From: Nostoc sp.
GTDB lineage: Bacteria > Cyanobacteriota > Cyanobacteriia > Cyanobacteriales > Nostocaceae
Direction: 5' to 3'
Assembly (NCBI GenBank): GCA_036918135.1
Contig: JBALDB010000060.1
Coordinates: 2,045-66,044 of the forward strand
DNA: 64,000 nucleotides
The position numbers and the translations under genes are program-made. The notes under the pieces are model-generated. The model made no database searches. It was not told where the DNA came from and worked only from the letters and a program-made list of their open reading frames with translations. Positions 39,538 through 48,870 of the stretch are shown piece after piece. Position 1 is the first letter of the stretch. Each line of letters begins with the position of its first letter.

Positions 39538-40281
39538 ATGGTTAATAAGTCTCATAATTTTCGTAAATCCGCTGAGTTATTTGGTACTCTTTGCGGAGGA
39601 CTACTGCTTAGCCTGCCAGTAATTCCTCAAGCACTAGCACAACAATCTATTAGCCAACAACAATCTACTGGTCAAGTTAATCCTTGTCCTCGGATTTTCT
39701 ACGAAGAACCACATAACTCTCGCGTTATCGTACCTCAAGGATGTCCTCCTAATGCGCTAACCCAAAGATTAGCAGCCCAAGGGCTTCTTCCCGTCCCTGC
39801 GACTCCATCACCACAGCAAGCACAATTAGGTGTGGGCGGTGAAACATCTCTAGTACCTCCACAAGCAGGTACTGTACCACCCGTAATTCCCCCAGTCCAA
39901 GGACAAGTACCTTCTGTGCCATCACAATCAGGTACTACAGTACCAGTAGAACAACGACAAACCCCCAGCGCTACAATCGCACTGGCAAATGGTAAACTTA
40001 ATATTAGATTAGTAAATCAGACTGCGGCAAATATAACTTACCAAGTTATTGGTGATACAGCACCGCGATCGCTCCAAGGAAAATCCGATACCACACTCCA
40101 AAATCTAAGCGCACCAATAACGGTAACATTTGAACGACAAGATGGCGGACAATTAATAGTCACTCCCCAAGCCTCATCAGAGCCAGGAAACTTGGAAGTT
40201 ACATTTAACGAAGCCACTAATGCGGTTCAAGGCAGAAGTGCCATGAGAATTGAACGAAGTGGTTCTGTATATTTAAATTAA
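39538..40281 (+). CDS. Secreted protein of unknown function
   Basis: SD AGGAG; signal peptide ending ALA; Cys pair (VNPCP..QGCPPN), Pro/Gln linker, beta-rich C-terminal domain. Confidence 0.85.
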   Translation: MVNKSHNFRKSAELFGTLCGGLLLSLPVIPQALAQQSISQQQSTGQVNPCPRIFYEEPHNSRVIVPQGCPPNALTQRLAAQGLLPVPATPSPQQAQLGVGGETSLVPPQAGTVPPVIPPVQGQVPSVPSQSGTTVPVEQRQTPSATIALANGKLNIRLVNQTAANITYQVIGDTAPRSLQGKSDTTLQNLSAPITVTFERQDGGQLIVTPQASSEPGNLEVTFNEATNAVQGRSAMRIERSGSVYLN

Positions 40282-40414
40282 AAAAGTTTAGAAGTTGGAA
40301 AATAGCTAGGAGTTTAAACTGAGGAGTTAAAAGTTAGTTATGTATTCGGTACGTTAATAGCTTTAGCCTAATGCACCATACTTAACATTTTCTTCCAACT
40401 CCTCACTTTTTAGC

Positions 40415-41494
40415 TCACCGCTTGAGTATTTTTGTCAGCTTATCTAGCAGTAGCACTTCTTGTTTGTTATCTTCCAATCTTCGCGCCAGGATTATTGCCC
40501 TTTCATAAAAATTACGCGCAGTTAAATAATTACCTAACTGCTCGTATAATTTGGCGTAAGATTCAAAAGATTTTAATTCTTCTCGCGGATTTTGTAATTC
40601 TTTGGCAATTATTAAACGCTCCTCTAATAAGTCAAAGGCGCGTTCATGCCGTCCCACAGCGCTGTGAGCAGTAACTAAACCATCAATTGCCCGTAATTGA
40701 TTAGTGCGATCGCCTTTAATTTTGGCTATTTGCATTGCTGCACCATAAGTGCCAATGGTATCTTGATAATTTCCCGATGCTAGATAGGCATCACCTAAAT
40801 TATTTAAGGTATTTGCCTCTCCCATAGCATCACCAGTTTGACGCCGAAAAATTAAAGCATTTTCATATAACTTAATTGCCTGATTGTAATTTCCCAGTCT
40901 CGCTGCTACTAATCCCAAATTACTCAAAGATAGTCCTTCACCTTCAATATTTTTGACATCACGAGCAATTGCAAGTGCATCCTCAACAGTTTTACCAGCA
41001 GCAGTAAATTCTCCTTGTTGCAGCAGGAATGTAGCAATATTATTCAAGACAAAAATCTGGGCTTGAAAATCTTTAGTATCACGAGCAATCGCTAATCCTC
41101 GTCGTAAAGCATCTTCCGCTTCTTTTAAACTACCTAGCTCAATGTAAGCCTTAGCAAGCAAATTATAAGTCAAACCTTGGGCTTTCAGGTCGCCAATTGA
41201 GTGATATAGTTCTAGTGCCTGCAAGCAAGAGGCAATTGTTTTGTTGGCGTATCCTGAAGCATACTGTTGTTCGCCGATACGTAATAAACTGTCTGCTTCA
41301 TCTCTTGATTGTCGCCCAACGGAACTATTTAAAGGACGGTGGAGTTGTTCGGTAATATCAACCGCACCCGCCGCTATCGGAGTCAGCACAAAAGTAAATA
41401 GTAAAAGAGCGTGCAAAAGGACTTGGCGATCGAAAATCGCAGTTGGATAAATTCTATCTACCTTGTGCTTTGGAAATACAAGCTGTTGTCTCAT
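40415..41494 (-). CDS. Tetratricopeptide repeat protein, probably exported
   Basis: Hydrophobic N-terminal segment; TPR_12-like repeats (GEANTLNNLGDAYLASGNY). Confidence 0.9.
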   Translation of the reverse strand: MRQQLVFPKHKVDRIYPTAIFDRQVLLHALLLFTFVLTPIAAGAVDITEQLHRPLNSSVGRQSRDEADSLLRIGEQQYASGYANKTIASCLQALELYHSIGDLKAQGLTYNLLAKAYIELGSLKEAEDALRRGLAIARDTKDFQAQIFVLNNIATFLLQQGEFTAAGKTVEDALAIARDVKNIEGEGLSLSNLGLVAARLGNYNQAIKLYENALIFRRQTGDAMGEANTLNNLGDAYLASGNYQDTIGTYGAAMQIAKIKGDRTNQLRAIDGLVTAHSAVGRHERAFDLLEERLIIAKELQNPREELKSFESYAKLYEQLGNYLTARNFYERAIILARRLEDNKQEVLLLDKLTKILKR

Positions 41495-41588
41495 AAAACT
41501 TACCCATCTTGCGGGTTTAAGTGGAAGGTTTAAAAAGAAGTTTTAATTTTAAAATTGAAGACAACAATTACTCGCATTTATACGTAAA

Positions 41589-42218
41589 TCAAACTTGAGC
41601 AAAACCTTCACCAAGGTAAATAGCACGAATATCTGTAGGTAATTTGTCCTCTAGCATACGATAGCCTTCCTGGAGAAAATTGGCTACTTCGTTGGGGGCG
41701 ATCGCTTCTCCTTCAGCTTGCAAATAAGCAGCGATTCTAGTGTCGCTCCAATGGAAAGTTTGAGACATTAACACGATTAAGCGTAGAATCGGAGGTAATT
41801 GGTCTAATGCTTGTTCTACATAGCACCATAGCGGCGGCGAAGTTGCCTCAAGAGAATAATGAATTGCTTCTGTAGGTGGTAGTTTAATCTCGTTAATACA
41901 GAAAGCTGTCATGTTAATTAACCAATTTTGCATGGTTAATCTTTCTTCGGTTGCTTCCAAAGGAGTTAAATTGAGTCCACCAAGTTCGTAGTAGATATGT
42001 CGCCAGGTGAGGGCAAACAAATAATCTGCTTGCACGGGCGATCGCGCCGAATGCCGAATTAGAGTATAGACTATGGGGCTGTAGCGGCAAAAAATCACTG
42101 TAAAATACTTGCCAGCATCGGGATACTGCTGAAACAGAGTCAATAATTCATCGTCACTGTGATGAAACAGCGACTTCACTAGGGGGTGATTAGCTTCAGG
42201 AAAAGAAGGAATTAGCAT
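41589..42218 (-). CDS. ECF sigma-70-like protein (divergent)
   Basis: Region 2-like (FTVIFCRYSPIVYTLI..QADYLFALTW) and region 4-like (EQALDQLPPILRLIVLM..WSDTRIAAYL). Confidence 0.65.
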   Translation of the reverse strand: MLIPSFPEANHPLVKSLFHHSDDELLTLFQQYPDAGKYFTVIFCRYSPIVYTLIRHSARSPVQADYLFALTWRHIYYELGGLNLTPLEATEERLTMQNWLINMTAFCINEIKLPPTEAIHYSLEATSPPLWCYVEQALDQLPPILRLIVLMSQTFHWSDTRIAAYLQAEGEAIAPNEVANFLQEGYRMLEDKLPTDIRAIYLGEGFAQV

Positions 42219-42407
42219 CAGCCTTGGGATTGATAGTTGTTAAAATAATTTTGGCAATTGCACTCTTGTAGTTAATCGCATAATATCTTGGTGTTGCTCA
42301 ATTTGAGCCTCAGACTCAGACTAGTTAAATATTGATAAACTAAAAACAAGCACTTAATTTTAGTCTCGATAGACAATCATAAAAGCCTCTCCTGATAAAA
42401 TCCTTAT

Positions 42408-43010
42408 TTGTTCATGGTTATAGCAGTTAGCGTGATATCGTTCCTCTTGAGTCCCCTTACTTTAGGCTCCTTTTTGCCCTCCCTGCCTTTGGATAGTATC
42501 TTCTCCACCCAAGGCATCATGGTAATGTTATTGGCGGCTTACGCTGGTGCCATGTGGATGTTCCTTACCAGTGCCCCAAAAGTACACACTGTGATGGTGT
42601 CAGATTTAGAAATTGCCCGACAGTTGTATGAAGGGCTGCTAGATTTGCCAGCAGCCGAAGTGCCTTTGCACTACTACTACAACTACGAACAAACCATAGG
42701 CGCAACTGGGATAGATCCGCTTTATATGTCTACGGGCCCGAGTTTGTCTACCAAAACGATGAATAATGCTAGTGAAGGGCTGTGGTATCAATTGAAGAAA
42801 AATACTCAACTACACGTGATTACTGGCGCAAGTTTAGGTAGCAAAAATCAGCAACGTCACGTCTGCTTTGACCATGAATGTCTGGAAATGATTTTAATGC
42901 GCGTCGAAATGCGCGGTTTGAAATTGAAGATTCGCAATCACAAGCCGTTGAATTTTTTGGTCAAGGACTATGAAGGGCGCGTTATTGAACTGGCTGAAGT
43001 AGCGAACTAG
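42408..43010 (+). CDS. Membrane-anchored glyoxalase/VOC-like protein
   Basis: VHTVMVSDLEIARQLY, RHVCFD, VKDYEGRVIELAE VOC pattern; N-terminal TMs. Confidence 0.8.
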   Translation: MFMVIAVSVISFLLSPLTLGSFLPSLPLDSIFSTQGIMVMLLAAYAGAMWMFLTSAPKVHTVMVSDLEIARQLYEGLLDLPAAEVPLHYYYNYEQTIGATGIDPLYMSTGPSLSTKTMNNASEGLWYQLKKNTQLHVITGASLGSKNQQRHVCFDHECLEMILMRVEMRGLKLKIRNHKPLNFLVKDYEGRVIELAEVAN

Positions 43011-43035
43011 TTCTTAAAATTTTAAATGATTTGAG

Positions 43036-43063
43036 ATTGGGTGGGGCGATCGCTTCACCCAAT
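43036..43063 (+). terminator. Hairpin centred on a HIP1 octamer, probable terminator
   Basis: ATTGGGTG-gg-GCGATCGC-tt-CACCCAAT followed by TTCTTGTTTTT. Confidence 0.6.
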
Positions 43064-43334
43064 TTCTTGTTTTTAGCAAGTGAGATATTCACCTTACCAT
43101 TGATTATCTAAAGTCATTAGCGTTCCATCACTTTGGTGAAATAAAAACAAGAGCTAACTTTTAAACAATAGACAGAAATTAGGTTTGGAGCTTTATTTTG
43201 TAACATTATCGCTAGAATCATCTTTTTTGCCAAAAGAGATTTTTGCAGCTATTTCAGGGCGGTGAGGAATGAAACTGTAACGGGGTTTAATAGATCGAGC
43301 AGCAAATTAGACTCACCAGTAGCAAATCTAGGCA

Positions 43335-43730
43335 CTACTCAAAGCCTTGGATAATTAAGCGATCGCCAATCTGCCATGAGAGAGTAGGTGCAACACCACT
43401 ACCAGTAAAAAAATACTTTCCGGCACTAAAAGTTATAGAACTTTCTTTACACATATGCAGAGTTTCTAAAACTCCTGAAAGGACAAAACCAAATTTCAGA
43501 TGATGGTTACATTCCATAACTTTTGTAATTACAGTGTCATCAAACTGATAATTACAAATGCCTAGTCCTAATCCCTCTGGCAATTCAATAAATCGAGACT
43601 GTCCCTCATCAAGTCGGGGCGGGTACTGCCAGAGAATATCCAATGAATCAGAGCGATCGTAGAGGCGTATAGTGTCTTTAGTTTCTAATAATACTTCTCA
43701 GTAAGCATTTGCCGAAATAGTGATAGTCAA
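43335..43730 (-). pseudogene. PchR-like AraC regulator pseudogene (nonsense codon, no HTH)
   Basis: TTG 43730 gives MTITISANAY, then in-frame TGA at 43700-43698 where the family usually has Trp, then EVLLET..DILWQYPPRLDEGQSRFIELPEGLGL..; ends after ~130 codons without the C-terminal HTH. Confidence 0.8.
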
Positions 43731-43799
43731 GGTAAGCAGTAAGTAGTAGTTATGAACTGGGTATACAAATAATGGATGAAAATGGGCATACCCAATACC

Positions 43800-44945
43800 C
43801 TAACTCTTACTTAAATGCTCAATTATTCTCACAGTCTGCCGTTGGCGATTTTTCCCTTTATAGCGATACCACCACATCACAAAGCCAGTGATAGACAGAA
43901 TTAGCGGTGAAAGTCCCACAAAAACATAGAGAATCCGCGTTGATAGTCCCCAAAATGTACCATAGTGCAGTGGTGAAAATGAATTCAACACTGCTTCTGC
44001 CCGTGTCGGCTTCAGCCCATTCTGTAATTGCAGCACTTTACCTGTGTATTGGTCAAGATAAACCCGACTATAACCGTACTCTGCTGTTTCTTGCGGTTGT
44101 TTTTTGCCGACTGTGTAAACTTCTTCTGGCTTTTGAGGAAGGCTGATATAAGTTGTAGCAGCACCAGGTAGCGCTGCATCAGCTTTTTGTAAAATTTTGT
44201 TCAGTGTCAAAGCAGACTTACCAGGAATTGGTTTAGAAACTGGATCTTTTATAATTGGTGTGAAGGTGGCTGCATGGATGGCAGGTCTAGCAAAATTGTA
44301 GAAGTTCCAGCAAAAACCTGTAAAGGCAATAAAAGTCAAGAAGACAGCCGCAACAATACCTGATACTTTGTGAATATCAAAGTTGACTCGCTTAGGATGA
44401 GCATTCCACTTGATTTTGAAACCAGAGATTAACTTGCGCCAACCAGGCCACAACACAATTCCTGTAATGCCAAGAATCAACAGCATAAAAGCCACAATAC
44501 CGACAATAATTGTGCCGATTTCACCTGCAAGGAGTTGATAGTGGAGTTTATAAGTCCAGCCGATAATTGTCTCGTCCCAATTACGAGAACCCATAACTTT
44601 ACCTGTGTAAGGATTGACAAAAACTTGGAGAGATTTATCATTTGGGGCTTGTAGCCAAAAACTATAGGGAAGGTGAGGGTCGGGGAGTGTGTTAATGCTT
44701 GAGATTTTGAAGTCTGGTTGCTTGGCATAGGCAGTTTTGACAGTTTCTAGTACGGATTCTATGGGGAGGAGATCGCCTTTAGGAATCACTTGTCCAAATT
44801 CTTGACTTACTAAAAATTCATCGATTTCGTGCTGAAATACCAACAAAGAACCAGTCAAGCCGACGATGATTAGCACTAACGCTGCGACTAAGCCAAGGTA
44901 GCGGTGTAAGAAAAATGCAATGTTTCGGAGTGATTTAGATTTCAT
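43800..44945 (-). CDS. PepSY-associated TM helix protein (PiuB-like, iron-regulated)
   Basis: LHRYLGL..GLTGSLL, VFVNPYTGKV, LHYQL, ITGIVLWPG, DIHKVSG, LHYG, ITGFVMWW. Confidence 0.93.
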   Translation of the reverse strand: MKSKSLRNIAFFLHRYLGLVAALVLIIVGLTGSLLVFQHEIDEFLVSQEFGQVIPKGDLLPIESVLETVKTAYAKQPDFKISSINTLPDPHLPYSFWLQAPNDKSLQVFVNPYTGKVMGSRNWDETIIGWTYKLHYQLLAGEIGTIIVGIVAFMLLILGITGIVLWPGWRKLISGFKIKWNAHPKRVNFDIHKVSGIVAAVFLTFIAFTGFCWNFYNFARPAIHAATFTPIIKDPVSKPIPGKSALTLNKILQKADAALPGAATTYISLPQKPEEVYTVGKKQPQETAEYGYSRVYLDQYTGKVLQLQNGLKPTRAEAVLNSFSPLHYGTFWGLSTRILYVFVGLSPLILSITGFVMWWYRYKGKNRQRQTVRIIEHLSKS

Positions 44946-45086
44946 AGCCGATACTCCTGTTTTGCTAGGGAAAACTTGAGAAAATTAAAACTTTAATTAC
45001 ACAGATACAAACTCTTTAAGGGTGCTATTTACAGTAGGAACTGCTGAGCAAAGGCTTGATTTGATATATCCGCTTAATATTTCTAA

Positions 45087-45250
45087 TTAACTTGGAATTA
45101 GGTATTTACTTGGCAATCGCAGATTTGCCTTGTAGCTCTTAAAGTAGGTTATAGTCGAGCCGTTACTAAATTTGTCATCCAAAGCCCACAAATAACCTGT
45201 CACAAACAAAATCTTCAATAGCTGTTTGAATATCACTTACAACCTCACAC
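45087..45250 (-). pseudogene. Possible 5' remnant of a TonB-dependent receptor gene
   Basis: GTGTGAGG 6 nt before GTG 45236; VIFKQLLKILFVTGYLWAL resembles the signal peptides of cyanobacterial TBDRs; stop after 49 codons. Confidence 0.4.
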
Positions 45251-45307
45251 CTAAGGAAACTATCCATTAAATAGCTGTCAATAATGCCAGAAATGACTGC
45301 CAGTTAC

Positions 45308-45322
45308 TGAGAAAATTAATCA
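45308..45322. promoter_or_regulatory. Putative Fur box
   Basis: TGAGAAA-A-TTAATCA, imperfect 7-1-7 inverted repeat in AT-rich DNA upstream of the iron-uptake remnant. Confidence 0.35.
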
Positions 45323-45520
45323 TCAACTTAAAAGTAAACTTTATAGCAAATACCAAATCAATTACAATTAATTGTCAACTTTTCATGACAAGAAAGCTTA
45401 AAAATTCAGTAATGATGTTAAGATTTCGCAGCTATTAAGCTTTTTTTGAGCAAATGTAATTAGGATGGCGACTGTATTTATTGCCTGTATAGTCAAATAT
45501 TTTATAGGGTTTTCACTAAT

Positions 45521-45560
45521 AAACCTGTAGAAGTACGAACTTTAACGTTTCTACAGGTTT
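45521..45560. terminator. 12-bp hairpin downstream of lysS (dispersed repeat or terminator)
   Basis: AAACCTGTAGAA...TTCTACAGGTTT. Confidence 0.65.
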
Positions 45561-45584
45561 TCGGTAATTAAATTGGATTTTTCA

Positions 45585-47111
45585 TTAAGTTTCAGATTCT
45601 GGTGACGATTCTGATTTTTCTGGCTTGAGTAGGGGGAAGGCAATTACATCCCGGATACTGGCAGAATCAGTTAGTAACATTATTAAGCGATCGATTCCAA
45701 TTCCTAAACCACCTGTAGGCGGCATCCCATATTCCAAGGCTGTCAAAAAGTCTTCATCTACACCATGTGCCTCTAAATCCCCAGCAGCTTTTCTCGCAGC
45801 TTGGGCTTCTAAACGTTCTCTTTGGTCGATGGGATCGGTAAGTTCGGAGAAGCTGTTAGCGGTTTCTCGCCCTACTATAAATAATTCAAATCTTTCCACC
45901 AAACCAGATTGAGAACGGTGAGGTTTTGCTAACGGTGAAATTTCTACTGGATAATCAATTACAAAGGTAGGCTGAATTAACTTTTCTTCTACCTTTTGTT
46001 CAAAAGCTTCATTTAAGAGTTTGCCAATGGATTGTACATCTTCTATGGCTTCCAGCCCAGCATTTTTACTTGCTGTTTTTGCTTCTTCTAAAGTTGGGAA
46101 AGAATTGAAATCTAACCCAGTAAACTCTTTAACTAAATCGTGCATTGTTACTCGCCGCCAAGGTAGTGTTAAATCTATAGATTCACCTTGGTAGGTAATT
46201 TGCAGCGTGCCGAGTACTTCTTGGGCAACAGTGGTAATAATCCCTTCTGTCAGCACCATCATATCGTTATAGTCGGCGTAGGCTTGGTAAACTTCAATCG
46301 TTGTAAATTCGGGATTGTGTCGAGTCGAAATTCCCTCATTGCGGAAAATTCGTCCCAATTCAAACACCTTTTCAAACCCACCTACAATTAACCGCTTCAG
46401 GTGGAGTTCTGTAGCAATTCGCAGATACAACTCCATTTCTAAAGTGTTGTGGTAAGTGATAAATGGACGTGCATCTGCACCCCCAGCCTCACTTTGTAAA
46501 ACTGGCGTTTCAATTTCCAGAAAATCCCGCTGTTCCAAATAGCGACGAATCCCAGCAGTAATTTGGGCACGACGGCGGAAAGTTTGCTGCACTTGTGGGT
46601 TAACAATTAAGTCAACGTAGCGCTGACGGTAGCGCTTAGCAACATCCGTTAATCCATGCCACTTGTCGGGTAGGGGCAACAGAGATTTAGTCAGAATGGT
46701 GTATTGTTTGACGTAGACAGATAACTCGCCCTTTTCAGTCCGTTTGATAGTACCTTTGACTCCCAAGATGTCGCCTGCATCTGTGAGTTGTTTCAAGTGA
46801 TTGAACGCATCAGCATCAATATCTGCCATGCCTTCTTGGATGCGATTTTTCTCTAAATAAAGCTGAATTGTACCTGTTTCATCTTGTAAGGTGAAGAAAG
46901 CCAATTTACCGAAAACGCGACGCGCCATAATGCGTCCGGCTATGGCAACTTCTAAATCAACTTCTTCGCCGCTGGCTAAATCGGCAAATTGTTCTTGCAA
47001 CTGCGTTGCATGATGGGTGGATTCCCAACGATAGGCGTAAGGATTAGTGCCTAACTGCTTTAGCTGGTCTACTTTTTCCAGCCTCGCGGCACGGAGATCT
47101 TCTTCCGACAT
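45585..47111 (-). CDS. lysS: Lysine--tRNA ligase (class II)
   Basis: [66 protein letters not shown]. Confidence 0.99.
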   Translation of the reverse strand: MSEEDLRAARLEKVDQLKQLGTNPYAYRWESTHHATQLQEQFADLASGEEVDLEVAIAGRIMARRVFGKLAFFTLQDETGTIQLYLEKNRIQEGMADIDADAFNHLKQLTDAGDILGVKGTIKRTEKGELSVYVKQYTILTKSLLPLPDKWHGLTDVAKRYRQRYVDLIVNPQVQQTFRRRAQITAGIRRYLEQRDFLEIETPVLQSEAGGADARPFITYHNTLEMELYLRIATELHLKRLIVGGFEKVFELGRIFRNEGISTRHNPEFTTIEVYQAYADYNDMMVLTEGIITTVAQEVLGTLQITYQGESIDLTLPWRRVTMHDLVKEFTGLDFNSFPTLEEAKTASKNAGLEAIEDVQSIGKLLNEAFEQKVEEKLIQPTFVIDYPVEISPLAKPHRSQSGLVERFELFIVGRETANSFSELTDPIDQRERLEAQAARKAAGDLEAHGVDEDFLTALEYGMPPTGGLGIGIDRLIMLLTDSASIRDVIAFPLLKPEKSESSPESET

Positions 47112-47130
47112 GGTAACGAACTTTCAGGGG

Positions 47131-47523
47131 GCAAGATTAATTATAGATGCTGCAATCAAGTGGGGCGATTATCAATACTGTTTGGTTAAGGCATCAGACG
47201 CGATAAATCGGCGTCTCTACAATCATCTTCAGATTTGCTGTCGCTATCAAACACTACCAAAAATTTGCCATCTGGTATTAAGCGTTGAACAACCTGCAAA
47301 TAACCATCAGCATCAGATTGCGTTCGCAAACAAGTTACAACAACTCTTTGCATATTGGCAAGCAAACACCCTGATGAACAGTTCAAAAGTATTTTGGATG
47401 GAACTGCTGACAGCAGTGACAATGAGCCAGGTAGCGAGGAATGAAGGTGTCGAAAGCAATACTTCTCCCTTAAGAAGTAGTCGTGATGCTAAATAGAGCA
47501 AGATTAATTTATAGATACTGTAA
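47131..47523. repeat. Imperfect 25/26-bp direct repeat bracketing a ~340-bp segment
   Basis: GCAAGATTAA-TTATAGATGCTGCAA (47131-47155) versus GCAAGATTAATTTATAGATACTGTAA (47498-47523). Confidence 0.8.
47186..47422 (-). CDS. Small hypothetical protein, possibly a degenerate member of a Nostocales small-protein family
   Basis: LLANMQRVVVTCLRTQSDADGYLQVVQRLIPDGKFLVVFD recalls the LPNMQR.VVARFR..DAE.HL..L.RL.P...F..VFD family; its 3' end runs into an AGACGC(C)GATTTATCGCGTCT palindromic repeat. Confidence 0.45.
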   Translation of the reverse strand: MSLLSAVPSKILLNCSSGCLLANMQRVVVTCLRTQSDADGYLQVVQRLIPDGKFLVVFDSDSKSEDDCRDADLSRLMP

Positions 47524-47562
47524 AAGTCCTTTTTGATGCGGGCGATCGCCAAACCAAATACA

Positions 47563-48120
47563 ATGACACAAACTAAAGTCCGCTTGTGGAATGTAGATGA
47601 ATATCACCGGATGCTTGAGACGGGTATTATCGCAGCTGATGAACGGGTGGAACTGATAGAAGGGCAAGTTATCCCGATGAGTGCCAAAAATCCTCCACAC
47701 GCAGCAACAACCTTATGTGCATCTGATTATCTTAAGCGGCTGCTTGCAGAAGTTGCCTTAGTTCGCGTACAAGATCCCATTCAATTAAGCCAATATTCGG
47801 AACCTGAACCAGACATTGCTGTTGTCCGAATTGATCCGCGAAAGTACATTAATCATCATCCTGCACCAAATGAAATCTTTTTACTTGTTGAGGTAGCAGA
47901 TACAACATTAGAGACGGATCGAAAACAAAAAGCACGCCTATATGCTAGAGCAGGAATTACTGACTACTGGATTTTAGATGTGAATCAGCGTCAGGTTTAC
48001 GTTTTCCGCGAACCAGGTATAGAAGCTTACAAGCTAGAATTAATTTTGCAAGAGGATGCAAGGTTATCCTCGATCGCATTTCCAGAAATTGAAATTCAGA
48101 TTAGTCAAATGTTTCCATAA
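47563..48120 (+). CDS. Uma2 (DUF820) family endonuclease-like protein
   Basis: WNVDEYHRM, RVELIEG, PEPDIAVV, LVEVADT, YARAGITDYWILD; start placed at ATG 47563. Confidence 0.92.
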   Translation: MTQTKVRLWNVDEYHRMLETGIIAADERVELIEGQVIPMSAKNPPHAATTLCASDYLKRLLAEVALVRVQDPIQLSQYSEPEPDIAVVRIDPRKYINHHPAPNEIFLLVEVADTTLETDRKQKARLYARAGITDYWILDVNQRQVYVFREPGIEAYKLELILQEDARLSSIAFPEIEIQISQMFP

Positions 48121-48160
48121 GTGTGGCGATCGCAAACATTTTACTTTACAAATTAAAGCT

Positions 48161-48589
48161 TTATTTCTCACCTACTTGGAGCGAATACCGAGATAAAATA
48201 GCCTTCATTTTCAAGTTAGTAAATTTCAGTATCGCCTCCACTAATTCTTGCTGTTCTGGTTGTAAATTTAGTGTTTTGAGGGCTTGATTAATTTTGTTAC
48301 CAGCGTGGAGGTTGTGAGCGAGTTGGGCACGCTGGAATGAATTTAACACTGCCTGAATTTCCTTGTTTCTTCTATGACGCACAGCCTGGAGTTGTTGGCT
48401 TTGTTGGGGAGTCAAGTTAATATCTGAAAATAAAGTCGAATCGCTGGCTGTTTTAGTAGTTTGGCCAACAATAATATCAGTATAAGTATTGATTTTAACG
48501 GGTGCAGCTAAGGCAATTCCCGGTATAAAGAGAATAAAGATAAAGATATTCGCTAACACAAAAATCCGTTTTGTCAAGTGAATTGCCAT
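48161..48589 (-). CDS. Secreted Spy/CpxP-like helical protein
   Basis: Signal peptide (..GIALA); LTPQQ and LQPEQQ LTXXQ-like motifs. Confidence 0.6.
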   Translation of the reverse strand: MAIHLTKRIFVLANIFIFILFIPGIALAAPVKINTYTDIIVGQTTKTASDSTLFSDINLTPQQSQQLQAVRHRRNKEIQAVLNSFQRAQLAHNLHAGNKINQALKTLNLQPEQQELVEAILKFTNLKMKAILSRYSLQVGEK

Positions 48590-48619
48590 ATTGAAAAATG
48601 CCTACACATAATTTAATAC

Positions 48620-48860
48620 TCAAATATGGGCTGGGGCATGGGGCAAACAGGGAGTGTGGGAGTAAAAGGAGGATGGGGAACAAATGCAGGTGTGGGAGAA
48701 AAAGGAGGTGTGGGAGGAAAAGGAGGATGGAGAAGAAATCTTGCCCCCTTCTCTCCCCACACTCCCCCATCCCCTCTCTCTCTCGACACTCTCTCATTCC
48801 CCCTCTCTCCCCACACTCCCCACACTTCCCTATCTCCCCATCTCCCCATCTCCCTATCTC
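48620..48860. repeat. Inverted purine-rich/pyrimidine-rich STRR tracts
   Basis: GGGGCATGGGGC, GTGTGGGAG repeats followed by CTCCCCACAC and CTCCCCATCTCCCCATC repeats. Confidence 0.85.
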
Positions 48861-48870
48861 CGTACTCCTT

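Noticed and set aside
47563-48120. Uma2 gene as a restriction or defence system
   Set aside because: No methyltransferase or partner gene nearby; Uma2 paralogs are numerous and scattered in cyanobacteria.
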